Source of the DNA: Escherichia phage vB_EcoM_VR7
Sequence record: NC_014792.1
DNA length: 64,000 nt
Reading direction: 5' to 3' (one strand)
In this document: piece after piece, positions 34,734-44,685 of the stretch
How the letters are laid out: every line of letters starts with the position of its first letter
How positions within the stretch are numbered: position 1 is the first letter of the stretch
Made by a program: the position numbers and the translations under genes
Notes under the pieces: generated by a model
The model's input: only the letters and a program-made list of their open reading frames with translations
Databases searched by the model: none
Told to the model about the DNA's origin: nothing

Positions 34734-35153
34734 TTAACTTGACCATCCCCAACCTTCGGAAGGACCATCGTAGTGTACACAAATATCAGGTGAAATATTA
34801 AAATTGGCTTCGTCCGAAGAAAAAACACCCAACTTTTTACCAAACTCACTGAAGCAGAATTGTTCGCCGCCCGGAGCCCAAACATCTTCAAATAAAACAG
34901 TGAATAGCCAGCCAGCAATTAAATCTGCATCAAATTCTGTTACACCTGAACACATTTCATATAACTCGTCATCACAGACTGTAGCCACGATATGGGCCAA
35001 ATGACTTTCAGATTTTAACCAGATGCGAATTAAATTACCATCAAAACAATTGTAGTTAATTTCGGATGGCTGGCAGTTATAAAATACTTCTGTAGCGATT
35101 TCTGGATTTTCCCAAGTTTCGTCGTTAAAATTGATAAGAATAGGAGTAATCAT
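34734..35153 (-). CDS. Hypothetical acidic protein
   Basis: 139-aa ORF immediately upstream of tRNAs. Confidence 0.45.
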   Translation of the reverse strand: MITPILINFNDETWENPEIATEVFYNCQPSEINYNCFDGNLIRIWLKSESHLAHIVATVCDDELYEMCSGVTEFDADLIAGWLFTVLFEDVWAPGGEQFCFSEFGKKLGVFSSDEANFNISPDICVHYDGPSEGWGWSS

Positions 35154-35265
35154 ATTTTCCTCATTAGTTGATTATTCTATTATGAAAGGCTCTTTGAGGG
35201 AAGAACCTTTGGTAATAGAGGGTACTTATTAATAATAACACACAACTCTTAAAGCATATTACTTG

Positions 35266-35649
35266 TTAACCTTCATCAACAATAGTGTGGGTGTTGGCAT
35301 TAACAATCTGCCACCAGTCAAAACGGGTTAGAACCATAACATGGTTGTTTTCATTTTCTTTAATAATATCACGCAGTTCATCTTCAGTCGCAGCTTTTGC
35401 AATTAAATCTGCATAACCGCCCCGGGGATAATAGCTATCGCCAGCAAAGAGTAAAAAGTTTGTTTTGATATTCTTGAATTCTTCAAGAGTAATAACCGTT
35501 CCAGATGGTTGTTGAACAATATCTACGTAACTATATCCTAATTTCTGGGCATTATCTACCGCTTCAAGCAGGGTGTCATGTGCCCACCCAATTTGACATT
35601 CTGGTTTGTCAGATGGGTTTGCCTGATAATCCGCATACACTTTATACAT
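35266..35649 (-). CDS. Hypothetical protein
   Basis: Track ORF 35266..35697 trimmed to Met at 35649. Confidence 0.45.
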   Translation of the reverse strand: MYKVYADYQANPSDKPECQIGWAHDTLLEAVDNAQKLGYSYVDIVQQPSGTVITLEEFKNIKTNFLLFAGDSYYPRGGYADLIAKAATEDELRDIIKENENNHVMVLTRFDWWQIVNANTHTIVDEG

Positions 35650-35650
35650 T

Positions 35651-35836
35651 TTACTCACCTTTAGACATTTTATCCATAACGAAAGAGATTGAACCAATTA
35701 AGAATGCAACTACTAAAGAGATTATATTCTCAGAAGTTGAAAGCATATTCAACATAAAGCCAGCAAACATGCTAAAACCAAAAGCGGTAACAGCAACAAG
35801 GGCAGTAACATTTCTAATTAATTCGCAACGTTTCAT
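35651..35836 (-). CDS. Small membrane protein
   Basis: 61 aa, two hydrophobic helices; follows promoter cassette. Confidence 0.4.
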   Translation of the reverse strand: MKRCELIRNVTALVAVTAFGFSMFAGFMLNMLSTSENIISLVVAFLIGSISFVMDKMSKGE

Positions 35837-35864
35837 TTTATTCTCCTCATTAGTTGATGGGATA

Positions 35865-35895
35865 ATTATACACTATCCCATATCTAAAAGTACAC
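35865..35895 (-). promoter_or_regulatory. Early promoter-leader cassette
   Basis: Minus sense GTGTACTTTTAGATATGGGATAGTGTATAATTATCCCATCAACTAATGAGGAG. Confidence 0.5.
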
Positions 35896-36129
35896 TTATT
35901 TTTTACGGAAAATTGATTTATACTGTTTAGCCCATTTCTCGATAACTTCTGCTGGACCCTGGATAACAAAATAGTCCCCAAACTCTTCACCGCCGAGCTG
36001 ACCGTAATTATCTAAGGCGTCGCGGAGAGTTCCATAAGGCATTTCGCCCATTTTATCTTTCTTGCCGGTGTAAATGAATTGCACTTTAACATCAGCAGTT
36101 TCATTAATAAATTCTTGATAAGTTTTCAT
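35896..36129 (-). CDS. Internal-protein-like (CTS-bearing) protein
   Basis: 77 aa; N-terminus MKTYQEFINET. Confidence 0.6.
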   Translation of the reverse strand: MKTYQEFINETADVKVQFIYTGKKDKMGEMPYGTLRDALDNYGQLGGEEFGDYFVIQGPAEVIEKWAKQYKSIFRKK

Positions 36130-36154
36130 GTTGTCTCCAGTAGTTGATGGGATA

Positions 36155-36184
36155 ATTATACTGCAGTTATCCCATCACGTACAC
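36155..36184 (-). promoter_or_regulatory. Early promoter-leader cassette
   Basis: Plus strand gttgatgggataattatactgcagttatcccatcacgtacac. Confidence 0.5.
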
Positions 36185-36462
36185 TAAATTTTTGTATATT
36201 GTCCAGCTTTAACTTTTTTCAGTTCACGAGGGCTTACCGCGTAAGTGAATGGAGCATTCCAGGAAGAACTGACTTTGTAACCTTTAGTCAACATCATTGC
36301 TGAAACTTTCTTGTTATCAGGACCGTTTTCGCCTTTAACAAGAAACAACTCAAATGCGCCACCATCAACCGGTTTGGCCTTAACCATCAGATGTCCTTTC
36401 AGGTCTTCCAGCATATCCGGGTGACTAATTGATTCGTTAATAAATTCTTGATAAGTTTTCAT
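36184..36462 (-). CDS. Internal-protein-like (CTS-bearing) protein
   Basis: 92 aa; N-terminus MKTYQEFINES. Confidence 0.6.
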   Translation of the reverse strand: MKTYQEFINESISHPDMLEDLKGHLMVKAKPVDGGAFELFLVKGENGPDNKKVSAMMLTKGYKVSSSWNAPFTYAVSPRELKKVKAGQYTKI

Positions 36463-36487
36463 GTTGTCTCCAGTAGTTGATGGGATA

Positions 36488-36517
36488 ATTATACTGCAGT
36501 TATCCCATCGTGTACAT
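36488..36517 (-). promoter_or_regulatory. Early promoter-leader cassette
   Basis: Plus strand gttgatgggataattatactgcagttatcccatcgtgtacat. Confidence 0.5.
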
Positions 36518-36816
36518 TACATTTTTGAACCGCGAATCACGCCATAAGCTGCGAAGTCGTCAGTGATGTTCTTAGGGGTGTTTTTACCAGTTTCAATATA
36601 TGCGATGCTGGATTTCTGACCAAATGAGGTAATTTTATTATAGTTAGAGTCAAGGAAAGTATAACCATTTTTACGCAGCTGGTCAAAGTCTTCAGCGTCG
36701 CCTTTACCTTTGAAGTCAACCCATTTGTATGTGTTTTTCTTCTGAAGGCCCAGAGGCCAGGTTTTTGCTTCTGCCAGGTAATTATTTTCTACCAAAAATT
36801 CGTGGAGCGTTTGCAT
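36517..36816 (-). CDS. Internal-protein-like (divergent CTS) protein
   Basis: 99 aa; N-terminus MQTLHEFLVEN. Confidence 0.5.
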   Translation of the reverse strand: MQTLHEFLVENNYLAEAKTWPLGLQKKNTYKWVDFKGKGDAEDFDQLRKNGYTFLDSNYNKITSFGQKSSIAYIETGKNTPKNITDDFAAYGVIRGSKM

Positions 36817-36824
36817 TTGAAATC

Positions 36825-37097
36825 CTATTTTAGATAAATTGCATATTTTTTATAACCAGCTGTCTCATGGCGGAGACCCTTGTCATTGGCAAAACGCTCA
36901 ATGTTATTAATTTGGTTCTGGTCAAGTTCAGAGATGTCAAACGCGAAAAAGTTGCGTTTGTTACCAATTGTTATATGGTCAGTCAAGTCAATGCTATACA
37001 AGTGATTGATATTGTCAATCATAGCTTTGACTGCTTTACTAATTTTTACTTCTTCATTCAGTTGGGACTCGTTGAAAAGTTCATTAAAAGTTTTCAT
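36825..37097 (-). CDS. Internal-protein-like (divergent CTS) protein
   Basis: 90 aa; N-terminus MKTFNELFNES. Confidence 0.5.
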   Translation of the reverse strand: MKTFNELFNESQLNEEVKISKAVKAMIDNINHLYSIDLTDHITIGNKRNFFAFDISELDQNQINNIERFANDKGLRHETAGYKKYAIYLK

Positions 37098-37105
37098 AAG
37101 AAACC

Positions 37106-37438
37106 TTATTTATACAGTTTAGCCAGTTCTTTACGTCCGCGAGCAGACATAATGAATTGTTCATCACCAATTTTGAAATAAGCCATACCACCGTCAACAG
37201 CGATGCCAATTTCTTTAGTACCTTCTTTGCCTTTCCACTTGCCACCAGATTTTAGGACAGCTTCAACCGCAGCTTTGGAATATTTGGACGTTTGAAAACG
37301 TTCATTACCAATCTGAAAGAAAACACCATCTGCATTTTTGGATAAACCAAATTTCAGAGAGCCTTCACTATCATCAATTGATTTGGTCTCATTGATGGCG
37401 GATTCGGCTAAAAACTCGTTATAAGTCTTGATGTTCAT
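37106..37438 (-). CDS. Internal-protein-like (divergent CTS) protein
   Basis: Track ORF trimmed to MNIKTYNEFLAES start at 37438 after GGAG RBS. Confidence 0.5.
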   Translation of the reverse strand: MNIKTYNEFLAESAINETKSIDDSEGSLKFGLSKNADGVFFQIGNERFQTSKYSKAAVEAVLKSGGKWKGKEGTKEIGIAVDGGMAYFKIGDEQFIMSARGRKELAKLYK

Positions 37439-37468
37439 TTTAACTCCGTTTGTTCGTTGGTGTAGGAA

Positions 37469-37498
37469 CATAATACTGCACCTACACTCATTTGTACA

Positions 37499-37499
<1 letters not shown>
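37469..37499 (-). promoter_or_regulatory. Early promoter (GTGTACAAA ... TATTAT)
   Basis: Minus sense GTGTACAAATGAGTGTAGGTGCAGTATTATG. Confidence 0.5.
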
Positions 37500-38189
<690 letters not shown>

Positions 38190-38190
<1 letters not shown>

Positions 38191-38867
38191 TATATTACCT
38201 TATTAATTTTATCAAAAAGTTCTTCGAGTGTGCCATCGTTTTTAATAACAATGTCACTAGCTAGTGGTGGAAGTCCAGCTTCCGTAATGTGTGTATCAGT
38301 AGAATGATTTGCTTCATCGCGTTCTACAAAGATTATTGTAGCACCCATCGCCCGAAGCGAATCAAGTTCGTTCTTTTGGCGAACATCTGGGACAACGTAA
38401 TATTTATATCCAGAATAGAGGTTGTCAAGATAATCGCATGCAAAAGTTTTAATCCAAAACATGCTGTCGAACTCTGTACAAACGATATCAGTTCCAAGGG
38501 TCTGCATGAAACGTCTAACTGTCCAGGGCTCAACATTATTTAGTGTGTGAAATTCAATGATTTTACGAACCATATCTGGATTCGGAAGGTCAAGATTATA
38601 TTGTTGTTTCAACCATTCAAGAGCGTCAACCAGAAGAATATGAGCTTCAGTGTTGTTCATTATCAAGGTTTTTTCACGGTCATAACCTTGTCCATCAAAA
38701 TTTTCCAGGGTCAAATTGTGTGGCAGGTCTTGACGAACCCACGCTTTATAAAGCGCTTCTTTAATTGGACCAGCAAGTTGCCACTTTGTTCCGTTTTGAC
38801 TAATAACATAATCAGCGGTCGTATCTTTACCACTGCGTTTTTTACCCACAATCGCAATTAATTTCAT
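38190..38867 (-). CDS. 1: dNMP kinase gp1
   Basis: 225 aa; P-loop GKKRSGKDT at N-terminus; synteny 57A-1-3. Confidence 0.85.
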
Positions 38868-39463
38868 ACGTTTCTCATAGATGGATGCATTGACTTAGAC
38901 CTGATTTCCTGTTGCATTGCTGCATTACTATCAATCTGTGGTCTACCTTCTATTATTATACCATCAATTTCTACAGCAAAAGACTTAAAGTTAAAAGTTG
39001 CTGTTGCATTGATAGCAGGGTCAGAATCTTCTTTATATGAATACTGAATCTCTGACAGGTCGGACGGCCATGCTCCATAGTAATGGATTGACATGACAAT
39101 TTTGTCCTTGTTGTTATCTAAGATATGAAGCGTGACCGCTTCGGGACGACCCTTTGGATGCCATGCTTTTGATTCGTGTGTGATGTAGTTATTAAGCGAG
39201 AGCATCCATTTATAGATATCAAGCCATGCCCTTAGGTCTTTGTCACACAGAAAGTTAACAATCAGCGGGTCGAATTCTATTGTACTACCAGGAAGACTGG
39301 AGCGATTTATACCTTGCGTTCCGCCGGGGACATCCGTCACAGGAATGTGAACCCCTGGGAGGGTAACGTCTTGAACGTTGAGTTTAAAAGTCTGTGTGAG
39401 GTTTGAATCGCTTACCTCTAATATAAAGTTAGTCGTGTTAGTTTGATTATATAAACCTGACAT
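38864..39463 (-). CDS. 3: gp3 tail completion/sheath stabiliser (by synteny)
   Basis: 199 aa between genes 1 and 2; assignment by position only. Confidence 0.55.
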   Translation of the reverse strand: MSGLYNQTNTTNFILEVSDSNLTQTFKLNVQDVTLPGVHIPVTDVPGGTQGINRSSLPGSTIEFDPLIVNFLCDKDLRAWLDIYKWMLSLNNYITHESKAWHPKGRPEAVTLHILDNNKDKIVMSIHYYGAWPSDLSEIQYSYKEDSDPAINATATFNFKSFAVEIDGIIIEGRPQIDSNAAMQQEIRSKSMHPSMRNV

Positions 39464-39547
39464 AGTGCACCTTGTTTGCTTAAACCAATCAGTGTTATAA
39501 TGGTTCTAGACCTTTTGTCCTTACCAATAACACTGACCGATAATAGA

Positions 39548-40219
39548 TTATTTTATTAATGTGTTAAGTCTTAGCTTAGTCATAAACGGATAACGTTCCA
39601 ACATTGGCTTTACCCAGTATCGAGGATGCAATTCCTTTTTATATGCTAGGACCAACTCTCGAGCTTGCTCGACGGTATCAACTCCGAAGTTTTTACACAT
39701 TTCTTGCCTATCTTTTTCCCACCGGCGCTTTGATAATTCTGCGTTGACTTTCGTAAATGTATCATTCTTTCGGTTGTGTTTTTTGCCCGTTGTTGGGCTG
39801 TAATGTCTTCCTTTAACGAATCCTTCTGGAACGTCTTCCCACGGAAATAATTTTATCGATTTGACACCATTATTAAAATAAACTTTTCCCGTTTGACTTT
39901 TCGAAATGTTGTTGGCATGTTTACGTCTTAACCAACCAAATAATTTATTGTTATGCCGTTTATGATTTTTTGAATTTTGTGCCATTGTTGTTGCGGCAAA
40001 ACTTAACCCAGGATGTGTGGGATATATTTTAACCAGTAATTGATGCGCGACATAATGTTCTTCGGGTGTTAAATTAACCAGATTATCTGGGTCATTGGAA
40101 CCGCCCATACATTTTGGAATGATGTGATGAGATTCTTTATATGAAATCAGGACCCTGTTACGGGCCCTTTCAATTAACGATGAATATATAAACTGATAAT
40201 TCAAAGTGAATTTCTCCAA
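39548..40219 (-). CDS. HNH homing-endonuclease-like protein inserted between genes 3 and 2
   Basis: 223 aa; [27 protein letters not shown] (HNH motif). Confidence 0.6.
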   Translation of the reverse strand: MEKFTLNYQFIYSSLIERARNRVLISYKESHHIIPKCMGGSNDPDNLVNLTPEEHYVAHQLLVKIYPTHPGLSFAATTMAQNSKNHKRHNNKLFGWLRRKHANNISKSQTGKVYFNNGVKSIKLFPWEDVPEGFVKGRHYSPTTGKKHNRKNDTFTKVNAELSKRRWEKDRQEMCKNFGVDTVEQARELVLAYKKELHPRYWVKPMLERYPFMTKLRLNTLIK

Positions 40220-41037
40220 ACTTTTTGTGCAGAGAATTTTTTGCCTTTGCTGTAAAAAGCTTGCAATGGAAGCATAACAACGTTTGCCCAGTCGCTGGGC
40301 TTGATTTCAGTGATAGTACCTTTTATATTACCAGGTATATATGCTTTAATCATCTGGTCAGCCCCTTTAAATCCCTTCACCTTTGACCAATCAATCTTCA
40401 GATGAGTCTTGTTCGTAATCGTAGGAGTATTAGCATATTGCTTAAGCAGTTCCTCAAGGAACTCTTGACGTGCCTTCGGTGGAATATAGTGCAAGTTCAA
40501 ACCATACATCAAATTGTGCTTACCTAACCCAAGATAAATGATTAACGGATATTTGTCCCAGTACGGAAGAGTATCCTTATGCTTTGCATCATAGATATAA
40601 GCATAAATCTTACCTGGTTGAGGTTTAGCCGTTACGTGTCCTCTGACAGCTTTCTTAATTGTCTCTGCGAACCATCTGGCAGATTTGGTGTTGCTTGCAG
40701 CGCCTTCGTTAGCAATCTTATCTCTTATGCTCTTTCTAAAGCTATTCACCATTATTAGCTGGCGTTCAGCCTTCGTAAGTTTACCAGCAGGTTTCTTTTT
40801 GAGTTTGGATACTTTATAAGCAGTCTGAATTCTCGAATGATATCTTGACATGCTTTTGGTAAAGGTTGAATAGTTGATTCCTTTCTCTTCAGCAAACTTT
40901 TTCGAGGTCATTCCCTTTTCTTTTGCTGTATAAAATTCAACCCCTATCTCAACCCATTGTTGTTCGGATTTACTGGGTTTCGGACCCGGTTTATCTGCAG
41001 ATTCATTGATAAATGTAAAAATACTCATCCTTTCCAT
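40201..41037 (-). CDS. 2: gp2 DNA-end protector protein
   Basis: 278 aa, basic; synteny 3-2-4. Confidence 0.7.
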   Translation of the reverse strand: MERMSIFTFINESADKPGPKPSKSEQQWVEIGVEFYTAKEKGMTSKKFAEEKGINYSTFTKSMSRYHSRIQTAYKVSKLKKKPAGKLTKAERQLIMVNSFRKSIRDKIANEGAASNTKSARWFAETIKKAVRGHVTAKPQPGKIYAYIYDAKHKDTLPYWDKYPLIIYLGLGKHNLMYGLNLHYIPPKARQEFLEELLKQYANTPTITNKTHLKIDWSKVKGFKGADQMIKAYIPGNIKGTITEIKPSDWANVVMLPLQAFYSKGKKFSAQKVWRNSL

Positions 41038-41474
41038 CCTAATTTTTTCAGTGAGTTTTCAGTGATTATCCTGAACGTTATACCCATTTTATCTGCCGTA
41101 GATTGTGCAGCTTTCCATTTGTCCGAGTTAACAGCCCAGGTATACATCTCGTTAATAAATCTCTTTTTGCTCGCAGCGGTATTATTAACAGGTTTGGTTG
41201 GTGGTCTTGTTTCTTTTAATGGCTTAACTTCGAAAAAGAACTGTTGTCCTGTATCAAACTTAACCCAGAAATCCATATAATACCTGCGCTTTTTACCATC
41301 GGCATTGCTAAAGTAAGGGATGATAACAGTCTCAGAACCCCATTGAACAACGTTCGGATGGTTGTCGAGCCATCTCATCAACCAAGCCTCCCAGCTCGAC
41401 CTGTATTGTATTTTCTTCCAGTCACCCTTATATTTTTCTATATTAGTGGGCTTAAATTTCCCGGAGTATGCCAT
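41025..41474 (-). CDS. 4: gp4 head completion protein
   Basis: 149 aa; [37 protein letters not shown]...; divergent from gene 53. Confidence 0.8.
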   Translation of the reverse strand: MAYSGKFKPTNIEKYKGDWKKIQYRSSWEAWLMRWLDNHPNVVQWGSETVIIPYFSNADGKKRRYYMDFWVKFDTGQQFFFEVKPLKETRPPTKPVNNTAASKKRFINEMYTWAVNSDKWKAAQSTADKMGITFRIITENSLKKLGWKG

Positions 41475-41522
41475 ATAGCCTCCTAATAAATATTGATATA
41501 CTTATTTATAAATGGAGGCTTT
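41475..41522. promoter_or_regulatory. Divergent late-promoter region (TATAAATA-like on both strands)
   Basis: acttatttataaatgg: TATAAAT on plus (41507-41513) and TATAAATA on minus (41503-41510); GGAGG RBS on each side. Confidence 0.4.
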
Positions 41523-42125
41523 ATGCTTTTTTCATTTTTTAACCCAATTGATTATGATGCTAAAACAATCAGAAAAAACCCTGCATCATTGACGAAAGAA
41601 GATGTCTTAAGCATTCCAATGACAGACATCTTCAGAAATTATCGTGCTTACTTTGATAAGGTCGCGGTCAATTATACACCAAAAACCTATTACATCGCCG
41701 GAGCTCCGCGTCCGGAAGAATTATCATATCAGCTTTACGGTAACACGCAGCTATATTGGGTTCTCCTTATGCTCAATGATATCTATGACCCTTATTATGG
41801 TTGGCTTTGTACCCAAGAAGCATCGTATCAAGCATCAATTCAGAAATATTCGAATGTCGGGGGTAATCAGGTCCTTTATCATGTGAATGAAGATGGTGAA
41901 AAGTTCTGGAACCTTGTTTCTTATCCTGATAATCCATACACATGGTACGATAAAGGTGACAAGAACAAATTATATCCACAATACGAAGGTCCATTAGCTG
42001 CAGTGGATATCTATGAAGATGCTATCCGTAAAAATGAATACAAACGCGAAATAAAAATAATCGACCCGGAAGATATTGAGTCATTTATTTCCGCACTTAT
42101 CCGTGAAATGGAGAAGGCGCTATGA
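41523..42125 (+). CDS. 53: gp53 baseplate wedge protein
   Basis: Track ORF trimmed to ATG at 41523 after GGAGG; MLFSFFNPIDYDAKTIRKN...; synteny before gp5. Confidence 0.75.
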   Translation: MLFSFFNPIDYDAKTIRKNPASLTKEDVLSIPMTDIFRNYRAYFDKVAVNYTPKTYYIAGAPRPEELSYQLYGNTQLYWVLLMLNDIYDPYYGWLCTQEASYQASIQKYSNVGGNQVLYHVNEDGEKFWNLVSYPDNPYTWYDKGDKNKLYPQYEGPLAAVDIYEDAIRKNEYKREIKIIDPEDIESFISALIREMEKAL

Positions 42126-43852
42126 TTAATATGTCAGATAGTGTAAGTTGGTTCGTCGGTGTAGTTGAAGACCGAATGGACCCGCTTCAGCAAGGCCGTG
42201 TGCGCGTTCGCGTGTGGGGTATGCATCCATATGAGAAAGCACAAGGTCCTGTGAAAGGTATCAGAACCGAAGACCTCCCTTGGATGTCTGTATTGATGCC
42301 AACATCATCTGCGTCGGTTTCTGGAATTCAAACCGCAATGACTGGTATGGTACCAGGGACTCAGGTATATGGTCACTTTTTGGACAAGTGGAAGCTCAAC
42401 GGTCTTGTCATTGGTACATATGGTTCAGCCTCAAGACAAAAAGCAAATCCTAACGAAGGCTTCTCTGACCCCACGGGACAATATCCACTTTATGTCGGTA
42501 ATGATGCTGCAGCGCTTAACCGTGGGGGTGAAGTTGGTTATGATGCTACTTCGAACGTAATCCAGGATGCAAACCTTGACCTTGGTATTAACCCTGATGG
42601 CCTTGATTTAAGCCAGGTTAAGCCAGATGATAATCCCAATTTCACAATTGAAAATATGCTTCACCGCGATGAAGGTCTTCGTTTGAAAGTATATTGGGAC
42701 TCCGAAGGATATCCGACTGTCGGGATTGGTCACCTTATTACCCCGCAAAAAATTCGTAATATGGAACAAATCAACTTGATATTATCAAAGCAAGTTGACC
42801 GTGAAGTTAAAGGAAACCCAGGCACAATATCCATGGATGAAGCTTCGAAGTTATTCCAGGAAGACCTTAAGAAAGTACAAAAAGATATTGGCAGTACAAA
42901 TGCGCTTTTATCCCAGGTTTATAACCAAGAAAACAGGTCAAGACAAATGGCCCTGGAAAACATGGCATTCCAAATGGGTGTAGGTGGACTGGCTAAGTTT
43001 CGTAGCATGCTAGGCAATATGCTTGTTAAAGATTATAAAGCCGCTTTCGATAACGCAAGGGATTCGGTTTGGTTCCAACAGACAAAAGGCCGGGCATCAA
43101 GGGTATCGATGATTATCTTGACTGGCAACATGGAGTCATATGGCATCATGGCTCCAAAAGAAGGTGGACGTGCTCGCATGGCTACTTTTGCCGAACCAAG
43201 AGAAGCCGTCCCGGCTGACCCGTGGACTCCAGAAGATACAAGGATTCTGTTTAAAGAACCAGAATCAAGTTACAAAGGCGAATATCCTTACATACAGACA
43301 ATGCAAACCGAAGGCGGTCACATTCAGGAATTCGATAACACTCCTGGACAAGAACGTTATCGACTGATTCACCCGACTGGCTCCTATGAGGAAGTTGCTC
43401 CGGATGGTCGTAAGACTTCAAAGACAGTAGCCGATGGTTATTATATGACCCAGGGCGATTCGAGCACTTATGTCGGCGGTAATAATAAAGTCAACGTCGG
43501 CGGCGATGAAACCTATTACAATATGGCTAACGTTCGCAGACAAACCGATGGAAACGAAAGCATTCATATCAGAGGGAATGAAACCAAAACTATCGAAGGT
43601 GACGGTACAATTATTGTCAAAGGTAATGTAAGTATTCTGGTCGAAGGTAATGCTGAAATAACTGTTAAAGGTGATGCAAAAACTCTTGTCGAAGGTAACC
43701 ATGATTATACAGTAAATGGTAATGTCAAATGGTCCGTTAATGGAAACGTTGATATGACTGTAGCTGGCAACTGGTCCGAGACTATGGCTTCAATGAGTTC
43801 TATTGCATCTGGACAATATACTATTGATGGTTCGAGGATTGACATTGGCTAA
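42122..43852 (+). CDS. 5: gp5 baseplate hub/cell-puncturing protein with lysozyme domain
   Basis: 576 aa; lysozyme segment NMLHRDEGLRLKVYWDSEGYPTVGIGHLI; C-terminal VEGN/TVKG beta-helix repeats. Confidence 0.95.
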   Translation: MINMSDSVSWFVGVVEDRMDPLQQGRVRVRVWGMHPYEKAQGPVKGIRTEDLPWMSVLMPTSSASVSGIQTAMTGMVPGTQVYGHFLDKWKLNGLVIGTYGSASRQKANPNEGFSDPTGQYPLYVGNDAAALNRGGEVGYDATSNVIQDANLDLGINPDGLDLSQVKPDDNPNFTIENMLHRDEGLRLKVYWDSEGYPTVGIGHLITPQKIRNMEQINLILSKQVDREVKGNPGTISMDEASKLFQEDLKKVQKDIGSTNALLSQVYNQENRSRQMALENMAFQMGVGGLAKFRSMLGNMLVKDYKAAFDNARDSVWFQQTKGRASRVSMIILTGNMESYGIMAPKEGGRARMATFAEPREAVPADPWTPEDTRILFKEPESSYKGEYPYIQTMQTEGGHIQEFDNTPGQERYRLIHPTGSYEEVAPDGRKTSKTVADGYYMTQGDSSTYVGGNNKVNVGGDETYYNMANVRRQTDGNESIHIRGNETKTIEGDGTIIVKGNVSILVEGNAEITVKGDAKTLVEGNHDYTVNGNVKWSVNGNVDMTVAGNWSETMASMSSIASGQYTIDGSRIDIG

Positions 43853-43886
43853 TATCCTACCAATGAGCGCTGATTTAGGAGACTCC

Positions 43887-44384
43887 ATGGAAGGAGCCTC
43901 AATCGATGTTACGTTTACAGCTCAATTAGAAACAAACGAAACATTAGTCGAAATAAATATAACTGAATATGAGGCCACCCCTGGCGTTAATGTTGAGGGC
44001 AATCATCTTTATGGTGTTTATGAATCCGTGTTCGGATTTGCAGATGATGCGCTTAAATATCGGCTTAACGATGAATTTAAAACTGCTGGTTCATGGGAAG
44101 ACCTTCCTGCGGATAAGAGTACTCAATTGTATCTCTGGAGGGCCCCAGCGAGCCTCCAGAAGGTCTTTTCATACACAGTAACCCTAACCTATGACTTTCA
44201 AGAAGAGAGCTCTGGTGGAGACACAGGGAACTCTGGTGGCAGTAATAGTCGTGCAGGTAATGAGACTGACCCACCACCAGCTCCAGTAAGGAAGACAATG
44301 ACAAAAGTTTACACAAAAACTATCGTCGGTAACTGGTCAAGATGGGCAGATAAATTGCGTTCATACGTATACGCGAGGGATTAA
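43887..44384 (+). CDS. gp5.1-position hypothetical protein
   Basis: Track ORF 43803..44384; start chosen at ATG 43887 after AGGAG; 43863 is an alternative. Confidence 0.5.
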   Translation: MEGASIDVTFTAQLETNETLVEINITEYEATPGVNVEGNHLYGVYESVFGFADDALKYRLNDEFKTAGSWEDLPADKSTQLYLWRAPASLQKVFSYTVTLTYDFQEESSGGDTGNSGGSNSRAGNETDPPPAPVRKTMTKVYTKTIVGNWSRWADKLRSYVYARD

Positions 44385-44677
44385 TGGCTGGATTAAGTTT
44401 TAATCAATGTGTTACAGCAGGTCACGAAGCATGGCCGCCGACTGTAATCAATGCAACTCAAGGTAAAGTATTCACCGGGGGAATTCCTGTGTTAGTTGCC
44501 GGGGACCCTATTACCGAGCATACCGAAATTAAAAAACCATATGAAACCCACGGTGGAGTAACACAACCAAGAACTCCGAAGGTATTTGTTACCGGTAAGA
44601 AAGCTGTTCAAATGGCGGACCCGATTTCATGTGGTGATACTGTGGCTCAAGCCTCATCAAAAGTCTTTATAAAATAG
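44384..44677 (+). CDS. 5.4: gp5.4 PAAR-repeat spike-tip protein
   Basis: 97 aa; small Gly/Val-rich protein directly before gp6; position as in T4. Confidence 0.7.
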   Translation: MAGLSFNQCVTAGHEAWPPTVINATQGKVFTGGIPVLVAGDPITEHTEIKKPYETHGGVTQPRTPKVFVTGKKAVQMADPISCGDTVAQASSKVFIK

Positions 44678-44685
44678 GAAATAAA

